Of a stretch of 64,000 nt of DNA, positions 35,997 to 44,707 are shown piece by piece. The notes below the pieces were generated by a model that was not told where the DNA came from, did not search any database, and saw nothing but the letters and a program-made list of their open reading frames with translations. A program made the position numbers and the translations under genes. Source of the DNA: a virus; the IMG/VR virus record IMGVR_UViG_3300043570_004127, positions 1 through 64,000 of that record; one strand, written 5' to 3'. Each line of letters begins with the position of its first letter. Within the stretch, counting starts at the first letter, position 1.

Positions 35997-37022
35997 ATGG
36001 CACACGAACTTGAAATTAAAGGGCAGAAAGCGAAGATGGCCTATGCCACCGGTGGCGGGAGAATGACTCCATGGCATCGGCTTGGTGTTCCGATGGAAGG
36101 CCTCCAGACGATGGAGCAAATGCTCGAAGCCGCACAAGCCGACTACGACGTCATTCTTACCCGTGTTGCTGCAGTGGACGACAAAGGCGACCTAATACGG
36201 AACTCGGACGGTTCCGTCGTTCTAGTAGAGGACAGCAGGGCAACGGTCCGTCAGAATCTCGATGGTTCTTTCAATGCGCTTGCAACCGTAGGAACCAGGT
36301 ACGAAGTCCGCCAAAACCGAGAGGTGCTAGAAAGAGCACTTGCTGTTGTTGGTGCTTCGAACGGAGATGCCGTGATGGACACCGTTGGAGTGCTTCGGAA
36401 CGGCTCACGATTCTTCGCAACCATTGAGCTTGGCGGGCTAGTCATTGACCCAGCAGGTGTAAACGACAAGATAGCTCGGTATTTGGTTGTCTCTGCAGGG
36501 CACGACGGCATTTGGCCTATTCGGTATGCGAACACCGACATCCGAGCAGTCTGTAGCAATACAGTTGTCCTTGGTTTGAAGAGCGCACAGCGTGTATTCA
36601 CGGCAAGACATACAAGAAATGTTGATGGAACGCTCGAAGAAGCGCGCCAAGTGCTGAATATTTCTGTCAAGTGGGCTGAATCGTTTGGTCAAGAAGCAGA
36701 AAGAATGCTTTCAATCCAAGCACCACTCGGCGGTAAGAAAATTGACTCAGTTATCGGAACCGTTTTCCCTAAAGACAAGGACGAAACAGAGCGTCAAAAG
36801 AATAATCGTGAAGAGATATACGAACTTGTTCGCAGTATTTACTTGAATGACAGAAATGCTGGCAAATTCGGCTTTAATGGTTGGTCTTTATACAACGCAA
36901 TAGTTGAATACATTGACTTCTATCGTTTGACCGACCCGATAGCCGGAGCAATCGCAGCAATGGACGAAAATTCTTCTAGTACACAAAAAAAGATACTTGC
37001 TCACCGAGCGGTGGTATCATAA
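35997..37022 (+). CDS. DUF932-family phage/plasmid protein
   Basis: MAHEL, PWHRLG, VGTRYEVRQN, HDG, RAVCSNT, RHT, W.LYNAIVEY. Confidence 0.85.
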   Translation: MAHELEIKGQKAKMAYATGGGRMTPWHRLGVPMEGLQTMEQMLEAAQADYDVILTRVAAVDDKGDLIRNSDGSVVLVEDSRATVRQNLDGSFNALATVGTRYEVRQNREVLERALAVVGASNGDAVMDTVGVLRNGSRFFATIELGGLVIDPAGVNDKIARYLVVSAGHDGIWPIRYANTDIRAVCSNTVVLGLKSAQRVFTARHTRNVDGTLEEARQVLNISVKWAESFGQEAERMLSIQAPLGGKKIDSVIGTVFPKDKDETERQKNNREEIYELVRSIYLNDRNAGKFGFNGWSLYNAIVEYIDFYRLTDPIAGAIAAMDENSSSTQKKILAHRAVVS

Positions 37023-37026
37023 GTAC

Positions 37027-37503
37027 ATGCCAAATAGCGAAGGTCCTTTCGATTGGGAAGATGAAAACGACCCAGTGTTCATTAGCGACGAAGATTACAG
37101 CGGGGAAGAATCAACTCCGCTAGAAGACTTCCGAAGACTCATGATTCAAGACAGAATCATCAGCGATTTCGTTAACGAGGCGTGGGATTTTGGTGGTATA
37201 GCCACTATCGCTGACGTTGTCAACCACATTGAGCGGAAAATAGGTTGGAGAACAGAAATAATTGCAGACAAGTCTGCGCTAGACGATTACATGTTTTTCG
37301 AGAACAACGTTTTTGACCGAGATATTTGGGATACTTACATAAATTCAGATGAATTTCAAGAACTTGTATACGAAGTTGCTTATCAGTCCGAGGTTTCCAT
37401 GAGGTTATTCGCAAAACGGGAATGTGGGCAGTTAACAGTCAGGGACAGGTTCAAAATGGCAGTCAGGAACTTGCTTTATAAATTAGTGAGATATTTCGAC
37501 TAG
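37027..37503 (+). CDS. Acidic hypothetical protein
   Basis: ORF within the operon. Confidence 0.6.
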   Translation: MPNSEGPFDWEDENDPVFISDEDYSGEESTPLEDFRRLMIQDRIISDFVNEAWDFGGIATIADVVNHIERKIGWRTEIIADKSALDDYMFFENNVFDRDIWDTYINSDEFQELVYEVAYQSEVSMRLFAKRECGQLTVRDRFKMAVRNLLYKLVRYFD

Positions 37504-37543
37504 AAACTTGCAATTGCTTTGGCGGCTCTGTATCGTTGAGCGC

Positions 37544-37885
37544 ATGCAGGAACCCCAAAAAAGAAGCAGCCATATAAGCATCGGAAAACTTGATGCAGTT
37601 TCTGAACTGGATTTATTCTTTCCGAAAGAACCGTTGCCCAAATTTGTTGGTGACTGCAAAGGTCTTCCAACCGATTGGTGGTTTCCTGAGCATGGTGAAC
37701 GCACCAATGAAACATTTTCTCGCGCGCGTGAGATTTGCAAGACATGTCCTGTAAACGAGGAATGTCTAGAGTTTTCTTTACGCTCGCCAAACCTCCACGG
37801 CATGTGGGCTGGATTAACTCCGAAGCAACGTCAGGCTGAGCGTCGGCGACGATATCGTGCATCCTTGAAACCTAAAGCAAAGTAG
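37544..37885 (+). CDS. whiB: WhiB-family transcription factor (second copy)
   Basis: CKG...WWFP...AREICKTCPVNEECLEFSL...HGMWAG. Confidence 0.9.
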   Translation: MQEPQKRSSHISIGKLDAVSELDLFFPKEPLPKFVGDCKGLPTDWWFPEHGERTNETFSRAREICKTCPVNEECLEFSLRSPNLHGMWAGLTPKQRQAERRRRYRASLKPKAK

Positions 37886-37888
37886 CAC

Positions 37889-39631
37889 ATGGCCTCAGAA
37901 CAAGTACAACGAGTGCTCGACCGTTTGGACGGCGTGCATCAGAACACTCCAAAGCAATGGGGTGCTCGTTGTCCGTGCCGTAGTGATGACGAGAATCCGT
38001 CATTAAGTATCGGCGAAGGAGATGGTGGGGAGTTACTCATGACTTGCCATTACGGAGACCCGTGTGACTTCACCGAGATATGCAGCGCGTTAGGTCTCGA
38101 AGGGTCTCAGGTATCTGTTCGCAAGAAAGAACTCAACGCGAGCAAATCCCCAAAGAAGAAACGCAAGCTTACAAAGGTTTATCCGTACGAAGACGAGAAC
38201 GGCAATCTCCTTTACGAGAAACTTCGATACACGACCGAAGATGGTGCTAAGTCTTTTAGCCATCGCCGTATCGACCCGGACAATCCGACTGAATACATTT
38301 GGAGTGCGTCAGGAGTACGCAAAGTTCTTTACCGACTGCCACAAGTGATTGAGGCAATCGTAAACAGCCAAACAGTCTGGCTTGTCGAAGGCGAGAAAGA
38401 TGTAGACACGCTCGTATCAAAAGGTCTTTGTGCAACAACCATGTCAAGCGGAGCAGGACACTGGGAGCAAGAGTTCACAGACATTCTTGCTGGTGCAGAA
38501 TTCGTAGAGATTATTGCCGACAATGATGAGCCAGGCAAGAAGCATGCACTAAGTGTCCGTGAGCTTTTGCTGGCCGCTGGTGGCAACTGTCGTGTTCGTA
38601 TCTCACCGTATGGCAAGGACATTACCGACCACATCTCTTCCGGTCATAAAGCAAGCGAGTTGGTAGAGATTGATTACGAGCTCCCAGATGGACAAGCAGC
38701 AGAAATCTTGGAAACTCAAGATGAACACGATACAGAGGGAGAGCTTCTTGAGTCAATTAAGGAAGTGCTGGGCCGAGACGGTCTTACCATCTCCCAAAAA
38801 CTCAATCGTCTTTCGATGGTTATTAACACTTTCGATTCTCCAGAGACACAGGACGAAGGTCGCCTTGTTAATTGGCAGGAATTCTTGCGTGAAGCAGACA
38901 ACGATACGTACGAATGGGTTATCCCTGGTTTGCTGGAGAAGAGCGAGCGTGTAATCGTTGTAGCGGCGGAAGGCGTTGGTAAGACCATGCTCGCTCGCCA
39001 GGTTGCAATCTGTGCTGCTGCAGGAATACACCCATTCACATTCCAACCAATCCCACCCGTACGAACACTGACGATTGACCTTGAGAACCCTGAGCGTATT
39101 ATCCGTCGCGCATCGCGGAGCATCATGGAGAACGCAGTACGTAAGTCGGGGGTAAAGGAAGTAGACGCACGCCTGTACATTCGACCACAGGGAATCGACA
39201 TCTGTAACGACAAGGACCGCATGGTTATTGAGCAGTTGGTAGAGAGCGTTAAACCTCAACTCATTTGCATGGGTCCGCTGTACAAGTCTTATCTAGACAA
39301 CGGAACGAAGAGTTCAGAAGCACTAGCGATTGAGGTCGCACGTTTCCTAGACCGAATACGAGATGTTTACGGATGTGCTTTGTGGCTTGAACACCACGCC
39401 CCACTAGGTTCAACAATGTCTACCCGTGACCTTCGCCCATTTGGTTCTTCCGTCTGGTCGCGCTGGCCAGAGTTCGGTATCTCCATCACTCCAGACCCGA
39501 CGGCGCTTGAGGGGTATGTATACGATGTGCGACACTTCCGTGGCGCCCGTGACAAACGAGCCTGGCCTATCAAAATGAAGCGCAGTCTTACACTTCCATT
39601 CGAGGTCATAGAATTCATGAAAATGGATTAG
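37889..39631 (+). CDS. Primase-helicase (Zn finger + TOPRIM + RecA-like AAA_25)
   Basis: CPCRSDDENPSL...CH...C; VEGEKD, DNDEPG; AAEGVGKT; EHH; PFGSS. Confidence 0.88.
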   Translation: MASEQVQRVLDRLDGVHQNTPKQWGARCPCRSDDENPSLSIGEGDGGELLMTCHYGDPCDFTEICSALGLEGSQVSVRKKELNASKSPKKKRKLTKVYPYEDENGNLLYEKLRYTTEDGAKSFSHRRIDPDNPTEYIWSASGVRKVLYRLPQVIEAIVNSQTVWLVEGEKDVDTLVSKGLCATTMSSGAGHWEQEFTDILAGAEFVEIIADNDEPGKKHALSVRELLLAAGGNCRVRISPYGKDITDHISSGHKASELVEIDYELPDGQAAEILETQDEHDTEGELLESIKEVLGRDGLTISQKLNRLSMVINTFDSPETQDEGRLVNWQEFLREADNDTYEWVIPGLLEKSERVIVVAAEGVGKTMLARQVAICAAAGIHPFTFQPIPPVRTLTIDLENPERIIRRASRSIMENAVRKSGVKEVDARLYIRPQGIDICNDKDRMVIEQLVESVKPQLICMGPLYKSYLDNGTKSSEALAIEVARFLDRIRDVYGCALWLEHHAPLGSTMSTRDLRPFGSSVWSRWPEFGISITPDPTALEGYVYDVRHFRGARDKRAWPIKMKRSLTLPFEVIEFMKMD

Positions 39632-39640
39632 ACTATTTAC

Positions 39641-40321
39641 ATGGCAGATAACGGGAAGGCTTTAACTAAGGAATTTCTGGCCGAACGTGATACCAGAATA
39701 TTTAAGATGAAGCAAGCAGGCCACTCAAACCAGGAGATAGGCAGACGCTTCGGTGTTAGCACCCAGGTGGTTGGCAAGGCAGTAGGTCGCCAGCTTGAGA
39801 GATTGAACCGTGAAGCCCTAATGGCCTATCCAGAAGTCCTCCGTATGGAACTGGAGAGACTCGACGCATTGCAACAAGCCATCTGGCCTATGACCCAACC
39901 AAGAAAGCAGCGAATGGACGATGGCACTGAAGTTATTCAGGAGCCAGACCTCAAAGCAATTCAGCAAGTTCTAGCAATTATCGACAGACGCGCAAAGCTT
40001 CTTGGTATGGAGCAAAACAACGTAAACATCCAAATGGATGTTGGTCTACAGACTCCAATCAGAGCAACACTTGCCGGAGCTGCCCCTAAGAGCGCTCATG
40101 ACCAGTTCAGCCCTGAAGCAGAAGTGCGTAAGCTTCTCGAAATCATGGGTAGCTCTGGCGTGATGCCGTTGAACGAGATTGAAAAGATTCTTGGTGCCAC
40201 AAAAGCGTTGGAATCAGTTAATCCGGGTGGATTTATCCATGATGCAGAGATTATTGATGAAGAAAACGATGATAGCGTTGCAATAACCGATGAAACGGAA
40301 GAGATAGATATCGATGAGTAA
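39641..40321 (+). CDS. HTH protein, terminase small subunit-like
   Basis: N-terminal HTH; ELERLDALQQAIWP...AIQQVLAIIDRRAKLLG. Confidence 0.55.
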   Translation: MADNGKALTKEFLAERDTRIFKMKQAGHSNQEIGRRFGVSTQVVGKAVGRQLERLNREALMAYPEVLRMELERLDALQQAIWPMTQPRKQRMDDGTEVIQEPDLKAIQQVLAIIDRRAKLLGMEQNNVNIQMDVGLQTPIRATLAGAAPKSAHDQFSPEAEVRKLLEIMGSSGVMPLNEIEKILGATKALESVNPGGFIHDAEIIDEENDDSVAITDETEEIDIDE

Positions 40322-40784
40322 ACCAGAAAACATCAAACCAGAAATCATTAATTTACTTGACTTTCCTGAAGGCGAAAGCAAGGTGATAGCGGACATTCCG
40401 GTCATTGTGAAAGCAGTAGATATTCCAGAGGCTGTAGTTGCTAAAGAGATTGTTAAAGACGATGTTAAAGAACAAGGGAATATGGCAGCAGCAATGAATA
40501 AGGTTGCAGAAACCCTCAACCTGAACAGGAAAAAGAACACAGGTTCAAAGACTGGTGAGCCAGCACAACGTCAGGTCCTACTTCGGGCTTCAGCGGAAGA
40601 CCATGACAGATGGAAGAAAACAGCAGAGTTAAGAGGCGTGGCCTTATCCGAACTAATAAGAGAGTTGTGCAATCTTGCAGCACAAGAAGCGCTTGACTGC
40701 ACACACCCAGCAGAGTTCCGCCAAACGTACAAGTGGTCCGACACGTGTCTGAAGTGCAATACCAGACTTCGTGGTTGGCAGTGA
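40314..40784 (+). CDS. RHH plus zinc-ribbon protein
   Basis: QVLLRAS...WKKTA...LSELIRELC; CTH...CLKC. Confidence 0.6.
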   Translation: MSKPENIKPEIINLLDFPEGESKVIADIPVIVKAVDIPEAVVAKEIVKDDVKEQGNMAAAMNKVAETLNLNRKKNTGSKTGEPAQRQVLLRASAEDHDRWKKTAELRGVALSELIRELCNLAAQEALDCTHPAEFRQTYKWSDTCLKCNTRLRGWQ

Positions 40785-40797
40785 ATAGGTTTTATAC

Positions 40798-41025
40798 ATG
40801 CAACTAAAGTATCTTTCCTTTAATGATTTCTTGGCAGATGTAAGTATTAAGTACGAGAAGTGGGTTAAGCAAGACCCTTCAATGAGGTACGGCCAGGTCT
40901 ACTTCAATCTACTTTCCGCATCGCGACCGGATATAGCCGAGACGATTCGCGGAACAATGCTCGACCCATTCCACAAGGACGAAGTGAAGAGCGAAACACA
41001 CAAGGTCGTTGAGAGTAAGTGGTGA
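40798..41025 (+). CDS. Conserved phage hypothetical protein
   Basis: RYGQVYFNLL...IRGT.LDPFH. Confidence 0.6.
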   Translation: MQLKYLSFNDFLADVSIKYEKWVKQDPSMRYGQVYFNLLSASRPDIAETIRGTMLDPFHKDEVKSETHKVVESKW

Positions 41026-41026
41026 C

Positions 41027-41797
41027 ATGGGTGTGTCCGTTTATGACGATATCGTTCTTGGTTTTGTTCCTTCGACGCCTGCGACACCGTACGGAGAAGA
41101 AGTCCCAACCCTAAGTGCTGACGATTCTTTAATAGAATTCGCAATGACTCTCGGCTATCCGGTTGGATACGCACAGGAGCAAGAGGGAAGAATAATTCAG
41201 AACATAGTTCCAGTTTATAAGACTGAGCATGCGCAAATTTCTACATCCTCAAAATCTGAATTGGCGCTACATACCGAGACTGCGTTTCACCCGTACAAGC
41301 CTGACTATGTGCTTTTACTTTGTGTGCGCTCTGACCCAAGTGCAGAAACCACGTATGCGAACCTCGATGACATCTTGCCAAAGTTAGACAAGGACACAAT
41401 CCGCACGCTAATGAACCCGTGGTACCTCACAGGAATAGATGAGAGTTTTAGAACTCACGGAGAACCAGACGTACAGGTATCCCTGTCTGTTCTGGGGGTG
41501 TCTGACTCTGGATGGGAATTGACTTACGATGCGACGGTCATGACTGGCATAAATAATGCTGCCAGGAACGCGCTCGTGGAACTAAGTAGGGCGGTTGACG
41601 CTTCCGTCCAGGCGATAGCCCTCAAGACCGCGCAGCTCTTGGTCATGGATAACAAGACAACCGTTCATGGGAGGCGCCCATTCCAACCGAAATACGATGG
41701 TAGGGATAGATGGCTGAAGAGGGCCCTTGTCGTGAAGAATCTCCCACCCGAGGATGAGTATGAAGACGGAGTTATTACTACCAAGTTTCCAAGGTAG
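41027..41797 (+). CDS. TauD/clavaminate-synthase-like 2OG-Fe(II) dioxygenase
   Basis: LHTETAF, PDYVLLLC.R, DN..TVHGR..F, RWLKR. Confidence 0.85.
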   Translation: MGVSVYDDIVLGFVPSTPATPYGEEVPTLSADDSLIEFAMTLGYPVGYAQEQEGRIIQNIVPVYKTEHAQISTSSKSELALHTETAFHPYKPDYVLLLCVRSDPSAETTYANLDDILPKLDKDTIRTLMNPWYLTGIDESFRTHGEPDVQVSLSVLGVSDSGWELTYDATVMTGINNAARNALVELSRAVDASVQAIALKTAQLLVMDNKTTVHGRRPFQPKYDGRDRWLKRALVVKNLPPEDEYEDGVITTKFPR

Positions 41798-42388
41798 TTA
41801 CATATTCCAGTTGCTTAGTCCGCCCTGGCTGTTGTCCATGATGTAGCGAGCTACCCGTAGGTTGCAGTCAATAGTTTTAAGCCCTTGCATGTAGTTCTCT
41901 ACGGCTTCATCGCCACATACCTTGGCTGTTACCGACCTCCATGAGGAGTTAATTTGAAGGAGGCCCGTATCGTATGTGCCGTTCTTATTGAGGGCATAGG
42001 TCATGTTTCCGTTGGCGTCCCAGGTGGCGTTTTGTGCTATCCGACGGCATCCTGATTCACGCCAGGCGATGTACGACCAGGTTTCTACTGGAAACAACCC
42101 GTAGGCCTCAAACACTGGTTCGAGCTTCGGGCAGCGCTTTGATTGGTCGGTTGGAACCTTTGCCCTACGACCAACGTGGTCATTCTTTACGGGTGGAAGG
42201 CTAGGAAGCTCTGTAAGCCCAAATCGCTTGATGAGAGTTGCCTGCTCGTCTGGTCCTTCGGTGGCCCGTATGGAGGCTGCTGGGGCCCTCTGAGGGGAAA
42301 CCACAGACTGGCTGGTCTCTCCAGATGGGAGGTTAATCCCAGCCATGAATAAGAGTATAGAAATTCCATATCCGTAAAGTGTGTTCAA
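41798..42388 (-). CDS. Secreted lytic transglycosylase (SLT/lysozyme-like)
   Basis: IAWRESGC, DTGLLQINS, NLRVA, GLSNW; N-terminal signal/TM. Confidence 0.8.
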   Translation of the reverse strand: MNTLYGYGISILLFMAGINLPSGETSQSVVSPQRAPAASIRATEGPDEQATLIKRFGLTELPSLPPVKNDHVGRRAKVPTDQSKRCPKLEPVFEAYGLFPVETWSYIAWRESGCRRIAQNATWDANGNMTYALNKNGTYDTGLLQINSSWRSVTAKVCGDEAVENYMQGLKTIDCNLRVARYIMDNSQGGLSNWNM

Positions 42389-42658
42389 TTCATGTTCCTT
42401 TGCTAGATGAATAGGACTGGGCTGAATTCGATAAGCGCCCGGGTTACTTAGTAAATAACCTCATTCATAAATTATACCCCCAGTGGACATCAGATTGCAA
42501 TATTTCGTCAAATGATTGTATAAAACAGGCGGATATGGGCCTTTATGCACAAGGGTTTTAAAAAAACTTAATATTTCTTACCCATAAACGCCAAAAATCC
42601 CCTCCGAGAGACGTTCCGTGGAACACTCAGAGGGGATTTGGTATCTCTGTTTAGAGAA

Positions 42659-43099
42659 TCAGAAAGGGTCTTCTTCTGGAGCTACAGATTTGCGAGGTGC
42701 TGGTTTTGCTGCCGAAGCACCAACGAGTTCACCTTCACCTGCACCCTTGCCTTGACGACGCTCGAATGATTCGATTGACATGAGACCGAGACCAATGCTG
42801 TCAGCAATGATTACAATCTTGGCTCGCTTGTCACCCGTGGTCTTGTCGTTCCATGTCTGCTGTTCCAAACGACCCGTGATGGTTACACGAACACCCTTGG
42901 TCAAAACACGAGCAACATCCTCGGCGAGGAAACGCCATGCGTTTACGTCGTAGAACGAAACTTGTTCTTTCTTTTCTCCGTTGTCCGTCCATGTGCGATT
43001 GTCTGCGATGCTAAATGAAGCCTTCGCAGTTCCGCTGTCAAAGAACGTAATTTCTGGGTCTGATGTCAGATTCCCTGTAACCGTTACTGTATTGGACAT
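42659..43099 (-). CDS. ssb: Single-stranded DNA-binding protein
   Basis: VTVTGNLTSDPE, AWR.LAE, KG.RV.ITGRL, acidic EEDPF tail. Confidence 0.93.
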   Translation of the reverse strand: MSNTVTVTGNLTSDPEITFFDSGTAKASFSIADNRTWTDNGEKKEQVSFYDVNAWRFLAEDVARVLTKGVRVTITGRLEQQTWNDKTTGDKRAKIVIIADSIGLGLMSIESFERRQGKGAGEGELVGASAAKPAPRKSVAPEEDPF

Positions 43100-43173
43100 G
43101 TACTCTCCTATTCGCTATTTGGTGGCCGTGGCCTTGATGGATGAAAGCATAGCGCCCGTGTTAGGATAATGCA

Positions 43174-43413
43174 ATGCCTCAGAAAGAAAAATTCCCAGAG
43201 CAAAGAATGTTTATTTTAAAGCACCTTCAAAAGGAGCTATTCAATTTAGTAGACACTGGTGACTTGTCAGACTCGGAAGAGCAGACGATACTCATCGAGA
43301 TGCGCGAGATAGCCCAAACCATCCTTATTGCGCTAGGCCTTGAGATTACTGGAGATTCGGAAGACGGCAGTATCCAGGCGAACATCTTTCTCACTGAGGT
43401 TGGAGACCAATGA
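43174..43413 (+). CDS. Hypothetical protein
   Basis: Coupled to the ParB-like gene. Confidence 0.55.
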   Translation: MPQKEKFPEQRMFILKHLQKELFNLVDTGDLSDSEEQTILIEMREIAQTILIALGLEITGDSEDGSIQANIFLTEVGDQ

Positions 43414-44186
43414 TTCACCCGTCGATTGAAAACCTTGCAGTTCCAATCAAGACGCTGGTACCGCTAGAGAACAATCCACGCAAGGGTGACCTTGGGGCAA
43501 TCATTGCTTCGTATAGACAGTTCGGTCAGGTAAAGCCCATAGTTGTTAAAACGAATGGCGATGGAACATCTACGGTCATAGCCGGTAATCACCAACTTCA
43601 GGCTGCAAAGCAACTTGGTTGGACTGAGATAGCAGTAGTCGAATTAGATGCAGACAACACAGAAGCAATTGCTTTTGCGCTCGCAGACAATAGAACAGCA
43701 GAACTTGGCTTCACTGATAACTCCTTGGTCCTAGACATGATTTCAGAGATTGGTGAGTACGGCGAGTACAGCCAACTGCTCGCAGACTTGCAGTGGGATG
43801 AGTTCGAGATAGCCGCAATCACTGAGTGGTCAGAGAAGAACGACCCAGACGATGAAGACGAGCGTGGCTATGTTGCACCCGTGATGATTGAGCAACCAAA
43901 GCTCGATAGCAGTATTGTCACAACAACCAAAGGTGAAGATGGCGAAACAGTCTTAACTGCTGGCGATGGAATAGATACGCAGGATGCAGTAGCCCGTGGC
44001 AGTGGTGCAATAAGTTCAGGTGGCGGTGGTTCTGCAGTGGTTCAATACACACTCGTATTTGATGACGCGAATCAGCAAAAAGATTGGTATCAGTTCATCC
44101 GCTATTTGAAGTCTTCACCCGTATATGAAGGTGACACTACATCTGAGCGCTTGATGAATTTCGTGAAGTCGCACGCCGACTACTAG
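43410..44186 (+). CDS. ParB/Sulfiredoxin-like N-terminal domain protein
   Basis: NPRKGD, SYRQFGQVKPIVV, IAGNH, ALADNRT. Confidence 0.82.
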   Translation: MIHPSIENLAVPIKTLVPLENNPRKGDLGAIIASYRQFGQVKPIVVKTNGDGTSTVIAGNHQLQAAKQLGWTEIAVVELDADNTEAIAFALADNRTAELGFTDNSLVLDMISEIGEYGEYSQLLADLQWDEFEIAAITEWSEKNDPDDEDERGYVAPVMIEQPKLDSSIVTTTKGEDGETVLTAGDGIDTQDAVARGSGAISSGGGGSAVVQYTLVFDDANQQKDWYQFIRYLKSSPVYEGDTTSERLMNFVKSHADY

Positions 44187-44381
44187 AACAGGTCGTCTGG
44201 TAGGTCGTGCAGGAATACAGGGCGCTTGTTGTCTACATCAAAGTCGTCAAGAAACATATCTGATTCTTCTTTGCGCTTCTTGCTAACAATAACGATGACG
44301 TATGCAGCAAGTAGCCCGTGCATGAATCCGAGAAAAAGTCCTATTGTGTAATCCATAATCATTTACCAGACGATATCGGGT

Positions 44382-44699
44382 TTAAAGATACTTTGCAAAC
44401 TTTGTCGACAGAGAATTCTTGCTCTGTGCGCCAACGACAAGAACCTCGGGTGAGCCGTTGTTAAACCCAATCATCGTTGGGATGCTAAATATGTTTAGTT
44501 CTTGGGCAATGCCTGGATAGTCGTCGATGTTGAGTTTTGCCACAGTCACCTTGTCTGCATGTTCTGCGCTAAACGCCTCAAGCTCAGGAGCCATTGATTT
44601 ACACGGTCCACACCAGGGAGCCCAAAAGTCAACGATGACTGGTTTGCTCCCCGATGTAACGAATGTCTCGAATGTCGTATCTGTAAGTTCCTGAATCAT
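44382..44699 (-). CDS. trxA: Thioredoxin
   Basis: VDFWAPWCGPCK, SIPT. Confidence 0.93.
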   Translation of the reverse strand: MIQELTDTTFETFVTSGSKPVIVDFWAPWCGPCKSMAPELEAFSAEHADKVTVAKLNIDDYPGIAQELNIFSIPTMIGFNNGSPEVLVVGAQSKNSLSTKFAKYL

Positions 44700-44707
44700 C
44701 TTTACTC

